DNA from: Candidatus Fermentibacteraceae bacterium
Lineage (GTDB): Bacteria; Fermentibacterota; Fermentibacteria; Fermentibacterales; JCC-6
Assembly (NCBI GenBank): GCA_041750285.1
Contig: JBGSZS010000007.1
Span: forward strand, 96,001 to 160,000
Direction: 5' to 3'
Length of the DNA stretch: 64,000 bases
Shown: positions 28,429 through 38,079 of the stretch, in pieces
Position numbering within the stretch: position 1 is the first letter of the stretch
Layout of the letters: each line of letters starts with the position of its first letter
Notes under the pieces: generated by a model
Seen by the model: only the letters and a program-made list of their open reading frames with translations
Database searches by the model: none
What the model was told of the DNA's origin: nothing
Program-made: the position numbers and the translations under genes

Positions 28429-28966
28429 CACCCTCTCACTTGCCCCTGCGCTTCTGGGCTGCATTCTTCGCAGGGATACCGCAGGGGGAACCATGGAGGG
28501 GATCATCATCGAGACCGAAGCCTACACCCATGACGATCCCGCAAGCCACTCCTTCACCGGCAGGACCATCCGCAACGCATCGATGTTCCTGCCCCCTTTC
28601 CACGCTTACGTTTACAGGTCCTACGGGATCCATTTCTGTCTGAACGTGACTTCCGGCCCCGAGGGAACAGGTGAGGCCGTGCTTGTCAGGGCGCTGATCC
28701 CCACTGCAGGAATCGATCTCATGAGGCGCAACCGCGGGAAGGCGCCCGATGCCCGGCTGACCCAGGGACCCGGGAATCTCTGCTCGGCCCTGGCAATCGA
28801 CGGGAACCTCGACGGCCACGATCTTTCAATCAGCCCCCTGAGACTTATCGTGCCCCGGGGTCATGTTCCGCAAACGCCGCAGGTGACGCCGCGGATCGGG
28901 ATAACGAAGGCCAGGGAGAAGCTCTGGCGCTTCAGGGCCGCGATCTCCGGGGACCGGTTGCGGTGA
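28412..28966 (+). CDS. mpg: 3-methyladenine DNA glycosylase (MPG family)
   Basis: IIETEAY, YVYRSYGIHFCLNV, AVLVRAL, GPGNLC, PRIGI. Confidence 0.9.
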   Translation: MNLPPDTLSLAPALLGCILRRDTAGGTMEGIIIETEAYTHDDPASHSFTGRTIRNASMFLPPFHAYVYRSYGIHFCLNVTSGPEGTGEAVLVRALIPTAGIDLMRRNRGKAPDARLTQGPGNLCSALAIDGNLDGHDLSISPLRLIVPRGHVPQTPQVTPRIGITKAREKLWRFRAAISGDRLR

Positions 28967-29065
28967 CATGCGGCTGGAGTTGACTGGACAGCCTTGTTGC
29001 ATGTGTATTCATTATGTTTTGTTTCCACGGGCTTACCGTGATGAAAACCGTAAAGGAGCCGCGCG

Positions 29066-29179
29066 ATGGGCGACAAGGGTGGGAAAAAGGATAAGAACAA
29101 GATCATGAAACAGAAGGAAAACAAGAAGGAACAGGACGAGAAGAAGAAGCAGGAAAAGGCCCCGAAGAGAAAACCCTGA
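29066..29179 (+). CDS. Small (37 aa) Lys-rich basic protein, not in the ORF track
   Basis: MGDKGGKKDKNKIMKQKENKKEQDEKKKQEKAPKRKP; RBS AAGGAG. Confidence 0.65.
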   Translation: MGDKGGKKDKNKIMKQKENKKEQDEKKKQEKAPKRKP

Positions 29180-29217
29180 CGGGTTGAGGTTTTTACGGGT
29201 TACCGGGCCGGGCTGGC

Positions 29218-29712
29218 TCAGCCCGGCCAGACCATGAACGAGAACAGGGCCACCGACAGGCCCAGAATGAACCCCGCGAGGACCTGAAGACCGGTATGCC
29301 CCAGGAACACCTGAAGGACCTCGGGCTTGAACCCCTCATTGAACATCTCGTGCAGTTCAGCCGTTATCTGGTTCAGGATCAGGGCATGTTTGCCGGCCGC
29401 CTGACGGACTCCCACGGCATCGTACATGACTATGAGCGCAAAAACCGCGGCGCACGCGAAAAGGGGTGATGCAAGCCCCTCGGTGAAGGCGATGCCGGTG
29501 GCCAGCGCAGTCACCAGTGCCGCATGGGAAGATGGCATTCCCCCCGGCCCGAAAAGGCGGTCGGAGCGCCATTGCCTTTCGGAGATCAGGACGAGGACCG
29601 CCTTGAGGATCTGGGCCTCGGCATCGGCTATGATTGCCGTCCAAAGTATCTGGTTCGAGAAGAGTTCGATCAACTTGTCACTCCCGGCTACGTGTTTTAA
29701 TGATACCGACAA
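29218..29712 (-). CDS. Divergent PAP2 family (DUF212) membrane protein
   Basis: AQILK, GGMPSSHA, VMYDAVGVR..AG, LGHT. Confidence 0.85.
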   Translation of the reverse strand: MSVSLKHVAGSDKLIELFSNQILWTAIIADAEAQILKAVLVLISERQWRSDRLFGPGGMPSSHAALVTALATGIAFTEGLASPLFACAAVFALIVMYDAVGVRQAAGKHALILNQITAELHEMFNEGFKPEVLQVFLGHTGLQVLAGFILGLSVALFSFMVWPG

Positions 29713-29814
29713 TCCTGCGTCCGGTCAACGATCCGCTCTTTTCGATTGACCCATAGTGGTTTAAGGGCTATGCTCACTCAAGGTGTCCGCCCAATAAAAA
29801 CGGAGGGGGATGAA

Positions 29815-30465
29815 GTGAGTGCCAACCCACGCTACGGGATTTTCAAGGTAATGGTCGACTGCAGCCACTGCGGCAACCCCGTGGTGACCAACGGGCCTCT
29901 TTCGAAAGTGACCTGTCCGTCATGCCTGCAGACTGTATCCCTTCCGCCCGATCTCTGGAGCGGGATCATCGGCGACTACGTTGCGGATTATGGAAAATTC
30001 GAACCCGGAAGCGGTACCGACGGCACGCTCATGACCGGCGGCCTGACAGTGAAGTTCAGCTGCATAAGGCTTCCGCCGCCGGACCCTGCCTGCCCCACCT
30101 GCGAGGAGAACTGGGACCTGAAATCGGTGGAGAACGGGGCCGACCGGGTTCTCGTCTGCGGCAAGTGCGGAAGGACCACTCCGGTCTATCCCGCCCCCTC
30201 CTGGCTCAGCGGGGTCGTTCCATCAGCGAAGCAGGTGTTCTTCGCCGACAGGGAAATGCAGGAGACTGAAGCAGTCGGTAAGGGTGCCAGACCCATAGCC
30301 CTGACCTGCCCGCAGTGCGGGGGCGGGATCGTCGTGACAGCCGACAGCGACCGCACCATCCCCTGCAAGTACTGCGGGGTCGACGTATACCTGCCTGACG
30401 GCGTGTGGCTCAAACTCCACCCCGCAAAGGTCGCAAAGTTCTGGATGGTGCGGTTCGAGGGGTAG
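29815..30465 (+). CDS. Multi-zinc-ribbon protein (six CxxC)
   Basis: CSHC, CPSC, CPTC, CGKC, CPQC, CKYC; GTG at 29815 after GGAGG. Confidence 0.7.
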   Translation: MSANPRYGIFKVMVDCSHCGNPVVTNGPLSKVTCPSCLQTVSLPPDLWSGIIGDYVADYGKFEPGSGTDGTLMTGGLTVKFSCIRLPPPDPACPTCEENWDLKSVENGADRVLVCGKCGRTTPVYPAPSWLSGVVPSAKQVFFADREMQETEAVGKGARPIALTCPQCGGGIVVTADSDRTIPCKYCGVDVYLPDGVWLKLHPAKVAKFWMVRFEG

Positions 30466-30481
30466 TGTCCCTGACCGTCGG

Positions 30482-30994
30482 TCAGTGCAGCAGGCAGAAA
30501 AGCTCCTGGAAGTAATCGGCATCACGCGGCGCGTTGAAACCTTCGAGTTCGTAACTCTCCTCACCTTCTGGGAACAGCATCCTTCCCGCGGCGTGGAACT
30601 CAGCCCCGTCCCTGTACCATCGCCTCTCCTCATAGGTCGTTTCGGGGTCGTTGCTGTATGAGAAGAGCATGAAAAGCGGTTCGCCCTCATCGCCGTAGAG
30701 GACCTCGGTGTACTCGTTGTGGGCTGCATAGCCTCCGTTGCAGACCGCCATCAAAAGCCCGGTCTCCCCGGCACGGCTCCACCAGTAGAGGATGATGCTC
30801 TCCTGAAAGTGTCCAAGGGCGGGGTAGGGCGAGTCATCGGGGTTCACGTGTATCTCGGTCCTGTAAATGTCGGGGCTTGAGTAAAGGTCCGCCTTTACCC
30901 CGTTGTACCGTTCCCTGATTTCAATGACCCCGGGAGGTTCCGGGGACGCCTGAATGAGCGTGGCGACTGCCATCGCAAGAAGCTGAACCGTCAT
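30482..30994 (-). CDS. Hypothetical exported protein
   Basis: N-terminal hydrophobic signal; RBS present. Confidence 0.55.
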   Translation of the reverse strand: MTVQLLAMAVATLIQASPEPPGVIEIRERYNGVKADLYSSPDIYRTEIHVNPDDSPYPALGHFQESIILYWWSRAGETGLLMAVCNGGYAAHNEYTEVLYGDEGEPLFMLFSYSNDPETTYEERRWYRDGAEFHAAGRMLFPEGEESYELEGFNAPRDADYFQELFCLLH

Positions 30995-31157
30995 CCTTCC
31001 CCCTTTGCTTTTCGGACCGTAAAATGCCCGCTGCGTGATGAGTATACGCTTGATCCCTTGTTTCGGGAATCCTCACTCGTTGCCCCGGATCGGCATGTCG
31101 GGGTATTGTTCCAAGGGTTTGGGCCTGCACGAATTCCCGAGTCGACAGGAGTTTTTC

Positions 31158-31802
31158 ATGAAAACCGTTGTGATCCCCGTGCTTTTGCTTTTGCTGCTTC
31201 CGGGCTGCGGGTCGGGGGGCGATGCTCCCCAAACCGGCGAATCGGTTGATTCCAGATGGCAGGCCGATCTCTCACTTCAAAGCCTGCTTCCCCCCGGGGC
31301 CGGGTACACATGGAATTACTTCGGTTTCGCCGAGTACGTTTTCTCGATGCAGCTCGAGCAGATTCACACTGATGACGCCAGCATCGTCTACACAGTGAGC
31401 GGGATGGTCGAGGACATGTCTGACGGCGAGAGCGGTCTTGATTTCGGCATCGACCTTGACTACGTGGTCTCGGACAGCGCCCTTTCGGTGGTGCAGACAT
31501 CCGAAGTGAGCATGGACAACGACTTTCCGGAAATGGTCCTTGTCAGGCTTCCCCTTGCTGCGGGAAACACATGGACCCAGACCGTGACGAACCTTGAAGG
31601 GGAAGACATCGAGCTCATCTGTGAGATCGAGGAAGTGGAACAGGGGCCGCCCATGAGGGTCACCGTTCGCTACCGCGATGCCGCCGGCCCCTTCTACCAG
31701 CTCAGGGTCTTCGAGGAGGGTGTTGGGGTCGTGACATTCGAGAAGCTGTTCATGAGCCCTGACGGCGATTTCGAGATAGGCTACAGCATATTCCGCGAAT
31801 AA
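31158..31802 (+). CDS. Hypothetical acidic lipoprotein
   Basis: ATG 31158 after AGGAG; lipobox LPGC. Confidence 0.65.
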   Translation: MKTVVIPVLLLLLLPGCGSGGDAPQTGESVDSRWQADLSLQSLLPPGAGYTWNYFGFAEYVFSMQLEQIHTDDASIVYTVSGMVEDMSDGESGLDFGIDLDYVVSDSALSVVQTSEVSMDNDFPEMVLVRLPLAAGNTWTQTVTNLEGEDIELICEIEEVEQGPPMRVTVRYRDAAGPFYQLRVFEEGVGVVTFEKLFMSPDGDFEIGYSIFRE

Positions 31803-31806
31803 CCCC

Positions 31807-32955
31807 TCATGGCACTATCAGGATGCCCGCCGCTGCAAAGTCAACCGGCTCCCCTTCACCCAGGACGCTCACCGTTCTGTAGCGGGTTCCCTGCGGCAGC
31901 TGGTCTACTATCCCCGAGTAGAAGTCGCTGTGGAACCTTCCGCAGACGAACACGCAAGGGGTTCCCGCTACAGATGCAGCCATCACCGCGTCTTTCAGAA
32001 GCTGGGCCCTGTACATGTTATCGTAGTCCATCGGCATTCCGTGCATGCCGTCACCCATCGCTTCCATGGTCTCGAGAAAGCGGGAACGGTACCCGGTGTT
32101 CGAGGAATCAACGCTCAGGCCCTGGAAGAAGCCCTCTCCCGAAACCGCGGCGAAGCCACCCCTTGCGACCGCTGCTGCAAAGGGCCTGGGAACGTTGGCG
32201 GCGATCACCCTGAAGCCGTGCTCCCTGGCGTACTCCACCATGGGCTCGTAGTCCTGTTCGTAGTTGCCCCACGGGCGCGAACCCGCCAGAAACTCTTCCC
32301 TCGAAACGCTTCCGGCCAGGTACAGGTCAAGGAGCGGCTGGACATCCGTTTCGAACATCTCGAGAGCCAGGGCGGTTTCCGGGGAAGCCAGGGCCTTCCA
32401 GATGAACAGCTCCCACTGATGTGCAAGCTGGTCGTCGTGCTGTTCCCCCACGAAGACGATCTCCGAACCGTAAAGGGATGACAGCAGGGCTGTCACACCG
32501 ATCTCTCCGTCCGGCGTCAGTATCCTTCCCGGGGGGATTGAGACCGGCCCACGGGGGTGCTCCATTCCGGCGACGGCCATGAATTCATCGCGCTGGTCGA
32601 GAAGGAACTCGAGGGCCAGCAGCTCCTCGGGCGGGGAATCGGACGAGGGGAACCAAGTGCCGTCGGCCCCGCAGCTGATGGTGACGAACACCTCTCCGGC
32701 GTTCTGTTCGCCCTCGTCCGTCACGCCGACCCTGAAGGCCGTGGGCACGGTGCCTGCGTACCCCAGAAAGTCGATCAGAAAACCCGAGACCGGGGCTGCG
32801 ATGGATTGGACGGCAACCACTTCAGGCAACAGAACGCCCTGTGACCTCAGGTGTGCTTCAGCTATACCCCCGGCTTCGTCCGCGTACACCGACGCCTGGG
32901 AGAACGACGGGGTGACCGCAAAGAGCAGGAAGATGAGGACCAGTGAGTTTGTCAT
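31807..32955 (-). CDS. ChaN/PhuW-family exported protein
   Basis: IVFVGEQHD, LALEMFE, VIAANVPR, AQLLKDAVMA, CGRFHS. Confidence 0.8.
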   Translation of the reverse strand: MTNSLVLIFLLFAVTPSFSQASVYADEAGGIAEAHLRSQGVLLPEVVAVQSIAAPVSGFLIDFLGYAGTVPTAFRVGVTDEGEQNAGEVFVTISCGADGTWFPSSDSPPEELLALEFLLDQRDEFMAVAGMEHPRGPVSIPPGRILTPDGEIGVTALLSSLYGSEIVFVGEQHDDQLAHQWELFIWKALASPETALALEMFETDVQPLLDLYLAGSVSREEFLAGSRPWGNYEQDYEPMVEYAREHGFRVIAANVPRPFAAAVARGGFAAVSGEGFFQGLSVDSSNTGYRSRFLETMEAMGDGMHGMPMDYDNMYRAQLLKDAVMAASVAGTPCVFVCGRFHSDFYSGIVDQLPQGTRYRTVSVLGEGEPVDFAAAGILIVP

Positions 32956-32956
32956 C

Positions 32957-33826
32957 TCAAGACCTTTCGTCTGGAGCCAGGTGTTCCCGCGGACGGGCTG
33001 CGGTTGACCCGAAAACCGATCCGATGAAGAACAGCGCAAGCTTGTAAAGAATGAACAGCAGACCCATCGGAATCACGGCAACGTCCAGAAGCCATGTGAC
33101 GCTGGTTCGGAAAAGCAGTTCGGGCAGTTCCTTCACCAGTTCCCCCATGTCCGCAAGGACAGCCATGACGATATGGAAGCTCGGAAAGCTTATTCCGGGG
33201 TCGGTCCAGCTTCCGAATTCGATCAGGTCTCCGCTCTGCATCTCTTCCACCCTGTCCTGAAACTCCTCTCTGAACTCCTCCATGCGGGTGTCGAACTGCA
33301 GACGGACCGGTCTTGAGAAGCCATCGGAGAGGCGCCCGCCCAGGACAAGGGTCAAGGGTATCGCGGCGAAGAAGAAAAAGGCAGGAATGCCTGCGGAAAA
33401 GGCGGCCCTCCTCAGGATCTCGCGCCGTGAGAACTGCAATACAAGGAGGATCACGAAAAGAACGCTTAGAGAAAACCTGCCAAGTGTTCCACAAAGGATC
33501 AGCAGAAACTCGAGGGCGTACAATGTGGCCAGACTGGCGGCCAGAACCTTCCAGGTGATGTCTATGGCATCGTAGAGGGGCTGTACGATGTCACCCACTT
33601 CGATACCCACGACGTCGGAGCCCTCCACCACGGCCACGAGCCCCTTCACCACGCTTATCGTTATGAACGCAGTGAGAGCCTTTTCCTGAGAGCGCTCCAC
33701 GTATTCGCGGGCGGGTGCAAGGATGGTCCTGTCCTGCAGGGCTTCGAACACCCCCGTTGCCGAAAGCACAGCCAGCGCGAACAGCACGCCGGCCCTTGTC
33801 AAAGCTTTCCTGTCAAGTTTTTCCAA
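32957..33826 (-). CDS. Hypothetical multi-pass membrane protein
   Basis: Several hydrophobic segments; tightly packed with the downstream gene. Confidence 0.6.
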   Translation of the reverse strand: MEKLDRKALTRAGVLFALAVLSATGVFEALQDRTILAPAREYVERSQEKALTAFITISVVKGLVAVVEGSDVVGIEVGDIVQPLYDAIDITWKVLAASLATLYALEFLLILCGTLGRFSLSVLFVILLVLQFSRREILRRAAFSAGIPAFFFFAAIPLTLVLGGRLSDGFSRPVRLQFDTRMEEFREEFQDRVEEMQSGDLIEFGSWTDPGISFPSFHIVMAVLADMGELVKELPELLFRTSVTWLLDVAVIPMGLLFILYKLALFFIGSVFGSTAARPREHLAPDERS

Positions 33827-34026
33827 AACCCCCCCGTCCTGTTTGGTTGAACAATAGCTCCAAAGGGAGCGGGGCGCTAAGGCGCCAAAACGGCGCGCAG
33901 GATCCTGCCAGAACTCCGCGGAACCTCATCTTCCCGTTATGATAACTCCCGTTGCGGTCCGGACGTGAACCGCTTCCAATACGCGATGGGGCATTTCGTG
34001 CACAACCAGAAACGGGGTGAGAGGTC

Positions 34027-34347
34027 TTGAGCTTGCCGGTGCTGCTTGTCATCGATCTCGGGGTGTCGGTGTTCCTCGCATTCATGGCGGTTGCCGTCCT
34101 GGTGCCGCTTTCGCCGAGCTTTCTGTCGGTTTTCGGACCCCTTGTATGCGGGAAGGGTGAGAACCTCTCCCTGCAGTTCGTGAAGCTGAGTTACCACCGG
34201 CCCGGAGAGAGGGGGCTTGTGGCTGAATGCGTGGGTCCGTCAGGCCGGCGTAATGTCAGGTTCACGCTTCTGTTCTACGCCTTTCTGGCCTCATTTCTCG
34301 TCGTGTTCCTTGTTGGGCTGGTCATCGCATTTATCGTAAAATCTTGA
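34027..34347 (+). CDS. Hypothetical small membrane protein
   Basis: Two TM helices flanking a loop with two Cys; GAGG RBS before TTG. Confidence 0.5.
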   Translation: MSLPVLLVIDLGVSVFLAFMAVAVLVPLSPSFLSVFGPLVCGKGENLSLQFVKLSYHRPGERGLVAECVGPSGRRNVRFTLLFYAFLASFLVVFLVGLVIAFIVKS

Positions 34348-34441
34348 AAGAAAATCTGATACCGGATATCTTCGACGACGTTCTTGACAATCTATCTTTT
34401 AACACTATTTTGCGGGGTGAAGGCAAGTGCCTGGAGGTGTG

Positions 34442-34906
34442 ATGGACAGGTTCGAGATCGTTTCGGTCAATGTATCCCTTGAGAAGGGAACAGAGAAGCA
34501 CCCCGTTCCCGAGGCTGCAGTGAGTCTCGACGGGCTCGAGGGTGATGCCCACGCAGGGAACTGGCACCGGCAGGTAAGCCTTCTCGACAGCGAGAGCATC
34601 GAAGCCTTCGCTTTGAAGACAGGCCTCGGGATCGCTCCCGGCGATTTCGGCGAGAACGTCACTACAAGGGGCGGCGACTTCTCCGCCCTTGCCCCGGGGG
34701 ACGTGCTGTCCGGTGAGGACGGGCTTTCGATGGTCGTTACCCAGCTGGGCAAGGAGTGTCATGGCGATGGTTGTTCGATATACCGCAGGGTTGGTAAGTG
34801 CGTAATGCCCGCAAGGGGCGTTTTCTGCCGGGTGGAGTCGCCGGGTGTCCTGCGTGCAGGCGCAGCCCTTTCGGTGACCCGTCCGGAATCAGGAAGAGGT
34901 GAATGA
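34442..34906 (+). CDS. MOSC-domain protein
   Basis: GLEGDAHAG..HRQVSLL, GDFGENV, TQLGKECH...C...CVMP..GVF. Confidence 0.85.
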   Translation: MDRFEIVSVNVSLEKGTEKHPVPEAAVSLDGLEGDAHAGNWHRQVSLLDSESIEAFALKTGLGIAPGDFGENVTTRGGDFSALAPGDVLSGEDGLSMVVTQLGKECHGDGCSIYRRVGKCVMPARGVFCRVESPGVLRAGAALSVTRPESGRGE

Positions 34907-36389
34907 GTTGAGAGTCGAGAACCTTGAAAGACCGGTGGCCGAGGGCATAGCCAGGGCCATGAACGCCGGGGCGGGTTACTGCGATGCCCGTTTCTTCTCC
35001 GAAGACGGTTCGGAAACCCTTGTTCTCTACGACGGCAACCTCGAGGCCAACACGGCATCGTTCGAGAGCGGCCTTGGTGTCAGGGTGCTTTACGGGGGCG
35101 CCTGGGGATTTGCCGCGACAAGCAGGGCGTCCGATGTCTCCGAAGCCTTTGAGAAGGCCCTGGCAAACGCAAAAACGGCATCCATGCTCGTCAGCATTCC
35201 GCTGAACATGGGTGTTCATCCCGCAGTTACCGGGACCTACTCCTCACCGGTGGTGCAGGACCCCTTCGATGTTCCACTCAAGGAGAAGCTCGCCTTTCTC
35301 GAAGGGCTGGACGAAAGGCTCAAGGCGGATTTCGTTCAGCGCAGGGTGGTGTTCCTCTACCTTCAGAGGATGAAGAACTGGTTCTGGAACAGCGACGGCT
35401 CTTTCATTGAGCGCAACCTTCTGAACTGCTTTGCCGACTCCATGGTAATGGCCCAGGACGGCGACGGCCAGATGCAGAGGCGCTCCAAGAGCCTGCACAC
35501 TCCCGGCACGGGCACCCGCGGCTGGGAGATGGTGACCGATCCCGATCTGTGGAGCGGAAGGGCCGAGGGTATGAAGGAGGAACTCTCCCAGCTCCTCTCC
35601 GCTCCTGAACTCGAATACGGACGCCGTTCGGTCATTCTGCTGCCGGGACAGGGGCACCTTCAGGTGCACGAGACCATCGGCCATCCGCTCGAGCTCGACA
35701 GGATACTCGGTTACGAGCTTTCGTACGCCGGCGGAAGCTTCGTCACGCTGGACAGCTTCGGACGCCTCCGCTACGGTTCCGACAAGCTGAGCGTCAGCGC
35801 CTTCGGTTCGGTTGAGAACAGCCCCGGGAGCTTCGGCTTCGACGACGAGGGAACCCCCGAACGGGATTACCTTCTCATCGACAAGGGCATCCTGGTGAAC
35901 TGCCTGACCAGCCGTGCGATGATAAGCGAGGCGAACCACACCGCGGGGAGACAGGTTTTCGAACACAGCGGCGGAGCCAGCCGGTCCACGGCATTCTACA
36001 AGGCGCCCATCGACCGGATGACCAACGTCAACGTGCTTCCCGGCAATGACGGAAACCTTTCCGACATAATCGCCGGGACCGATGACGGAATCCTTCTTGA
36101 CAACCCCACGAGCTGGTCGATCGGAAGCAACAGGGAGCACTTCCACTTCGGCTGCGAGATCGCCTGGGAGGTCAAGGGCGGGAAGATCACAAGGGTGCTC
36201 AAGAACCCGACCTACCAGGGGCACACCCTTGAGTTCTACGGCAAGCTGAGTGCCGTCGGCGACCGTTCCACATGGGTCGTGGAGCAGGTTCCCAACTGCG
36301 GCAAGGGCGAGCCCAACCAGGTGATGGAGATCGGCCACGGAGTACCCGTGATGCGGTTCGACGATGTTATCACCGGAGAGGAGAAGTAG
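34899..36389 (+). CDS. tldD: TldD metalloprotease subunit
   Basis: GLGVRVLYGGAWGFA, HETIGH (HExxxH), FDDEG, RMTN, CGKG. Confidence 0.85.
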   Translation: MNELRVENLERPVAEGIARAMNAGAGYCDARFFSEDGSETLVLYDGNLEANTASFESGLGVRVLYGGAWGFAATSRASDVSEAFEKALANAKTASMLVSIPLNMGVHPAVTGTYSSPVVQDPFDVPLKEKLAFLEGLDERLKADFVQRRVVFLYLQRMKNWFWNSDGSFIERNLLNCFADSMVMAQDGDGQMQRRSKSLHTPGTGTRGWEMVTDPDLWSGRAEGMKEELSQLLSAPELEYGRRSVILLPGQGHLQVHETIGHPLELDRILGYELSYAGGSFVTLDSFGRLRYGSDKLSVSAFGSVENSPGSFGFDDEGTPERDYLLIDKGILVNCLTSRAMISEANHTAGRQVFEHSGGASRSTAFYKAPIDRMTNVNVLPGNDGNLSDIIAGTDDGILLDNPTSWSIGSNREHFHFGCEIAWEVKGGKITRVLKNPTYQGHTLEFYGKLSAVGDRSTWVVEQVPNCGKGEPNQVMEIGHGVPVMRFDDVITGEEK

Positions 36390-36392
36390 GCC

Positions 36393-37760
36393 ATGCTGGA
36401 CGAGACCACCCGCGACGCCATCCTCAAGGTGAGGGACGAGGCGGCGGAGAAGGGCATCGACGCCCTTTTCACGATGCACCGCGAGAAAAGCCACCTGATG
36501 AGGATAGGCAACAATTCCGTCAGCCTGAACACAAGCGAAGACCTGACCAGGCTTGATGTGGAGGTCATAAACGGCCGCCGCGAAGGCTCCTACACCATCA
36601 TGGGGGACATCACGGGCCCCGAAAGCGTGCGGAAGGCGCTCGACGTTGCCGTTGAAAAAGCCTCGGTCAGCACCCCCAAGGATTACGATCCCATCTCACG
36701 GATGGTGGAGGAGAATGCCGAGGAGATGCTTCAGTACGATGAAGCCCTCGAGACGCTTGATCCCGGTGAGAAGGCCGTGGTCTACCGAGAGATAATCGAA
36801 AAGACGGGCAGCCACCTGAACTTTTCGGGTTCATGGAGCAGCGGTTCCACCGAAGTCCTTCTCGCATCAACGAAAAACGACAACCTTGCATGGAGGATAG
36901 GCACCGACCAGCAGTTCACGTGCGTCCTCAAGCACCCGGAGAAGAAGTGGGAGCTGGCGTCGTTCCAGACCGGGTGGCAGGCCGGTGAAGTGAAGGCCGA
37001 GAGCACGATAGAGAGTTTCAACTGGCTTCTTCCCATCTACGGAAATCCTGGTTTCAGGGTCGAACCCGGTGAGTACACGGTTCTCTTCGGCTCACAGGCC
37101 GTGGCAGAGATAGTCGGCATGGCGATAGGCACCGGCATGAGCGGCAGGGGCTACGAAGAGGGAATGAACTGGACCTGCGGCAGGAAGCCGGGGGACAGCA
37201 TCCTTTCCGACAAGATCACGGTCATCGACGACCCCACCGACATGAACACGTTCAGGTTCGGCTTCGACATGGCCGGCATGACCCGGAACGTTTTCCCCAT
37301 TGTGGAAAAGGGAAGGATGATGAACCTTTTCTATGACCTTGCGACTGCAGCCAAGTACGGAAGGAAGCCAACCCCCCACAGCGGCAGCGCCAGTGTCGTC
37401 GTAAGCCCCGGTGACGGTCCCGAGTGCCCGATGGAAGCGGTGAGGGGCATGGGAAGGGTCCTTTTCATTCCGGCCCTGCACTACACGCACATCCCCAACC
37501 GCAGCAAGGGAATCTTCACCGGCAGCAGCCGGTTCAGCGCCGTGCTTCTCGAGAATGGAGAAATGGTCAGCCCGATCTTCTCCAGCCGCATCACCGACAC
37601 GTTCCAGAACGTGCTCGGGAATGTGGCCGTGCTTGCACCGTGGTGCACGTCGGTGAACGGCTCGAGCACCTACGACCGCCGCATGCCCGAAGCCGCCTCG
37701 GTTCCGGGCTACATGGTCTCCACAGGCGTCAAGATCACCGACAGCGCCGAATCCTTCTAG
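36393..37760 (+). CDS. TldE/PmbA partner subunit
   Basis: Follows tldD; EPGEYTVL, ITVIDDP; lacks HExxxH. Confidence 0.75.
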   Translation: MLDETTRDAILKVRDEAAEKGIDALFTMHREKSHLMRIGNNSVSLNTSEDLTRLDVEVINGRREGSYTIMGDITGPESVRKALDVAVEKASVSTPKDYDPISRMVEENAEEMLQYDEALETLDPGEKAVVYREIIEKTGSHLNFSGSWSSGSTEVLLASTKNDNLAWRIGTDQQFTCVLKHPEKKWELASFQTGWQAGEVKAESTIESFNWLLPIYGNPGFRVEPGEYTVLFGSQAVAEIVGMAIGTGMSGRGYEEGMNWTCGRKPGDSILSDKITVIDDPTDMNTFRFGFDMAGMTRNVFPIVEKGRMMNLFYDLATAAKYGRKPTPHSGSASVVVSPGDGPECPMEAVRGMGRVLFIPALHYTHIPNRSKGIFTGSSRFSAVLLENGEMVSPIFSSRITDTFQNVLGNVAVLAPWCTSVNGSSTYDRRMPEAASVPGYMVSTGVKITDSAESF

Positions 37761-37765
37761 TGTCG

Positions 37766-37800
37766 CAGGGCGGGGGGCGCTTTGGCGCCCCCCGGCCCTG
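37766..37800 (+). terminator. GC-rich hairpin after tldE
   Basis: CAGGGC-GGGGGGCGC-TTTG-GCGCCCCCC-GGCCCTG inverted repeat; weak T tail. Confidence 0.5.
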
Positions 37801-38079
37801 TATCCCCGTCGGCACGCCTTATCAATCCGGGCAATGGCAGCCTGAACAGGCCCATCCCGTCCATCAACGAAAAGCCCGGTTCCCAAAGCATCATGGTCCG
37901 CACAACACGGCATAGGGAAATTGAAACACAGCGAGCCTGTTTCTGAGGTCCCGATGAGGATCGGGGCAGACTGACGCAGGGATTCATTCCGGGACAGTTC
38001 AGCTTATCGCATTGAATATTGACACCATTCCTCCTGCTGTATATCTACTGATATCTTGGGTCTGACGAATGGAGTATTA

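Noticed and set aside
35244..36494. Long antisense ORFs (also 54625-56283, 41977-43119, 12293-13138)
   Set aside because: Shadow frames opposite well-supported genes, expected from high-GC codon bias.
37800..38050. 250-bp intergenic region after tldE examined for a riboswitch or ribozyme
   Set aside because: No consensus I recognise; only a TTGACA at 38019-38024 with a weak -10.
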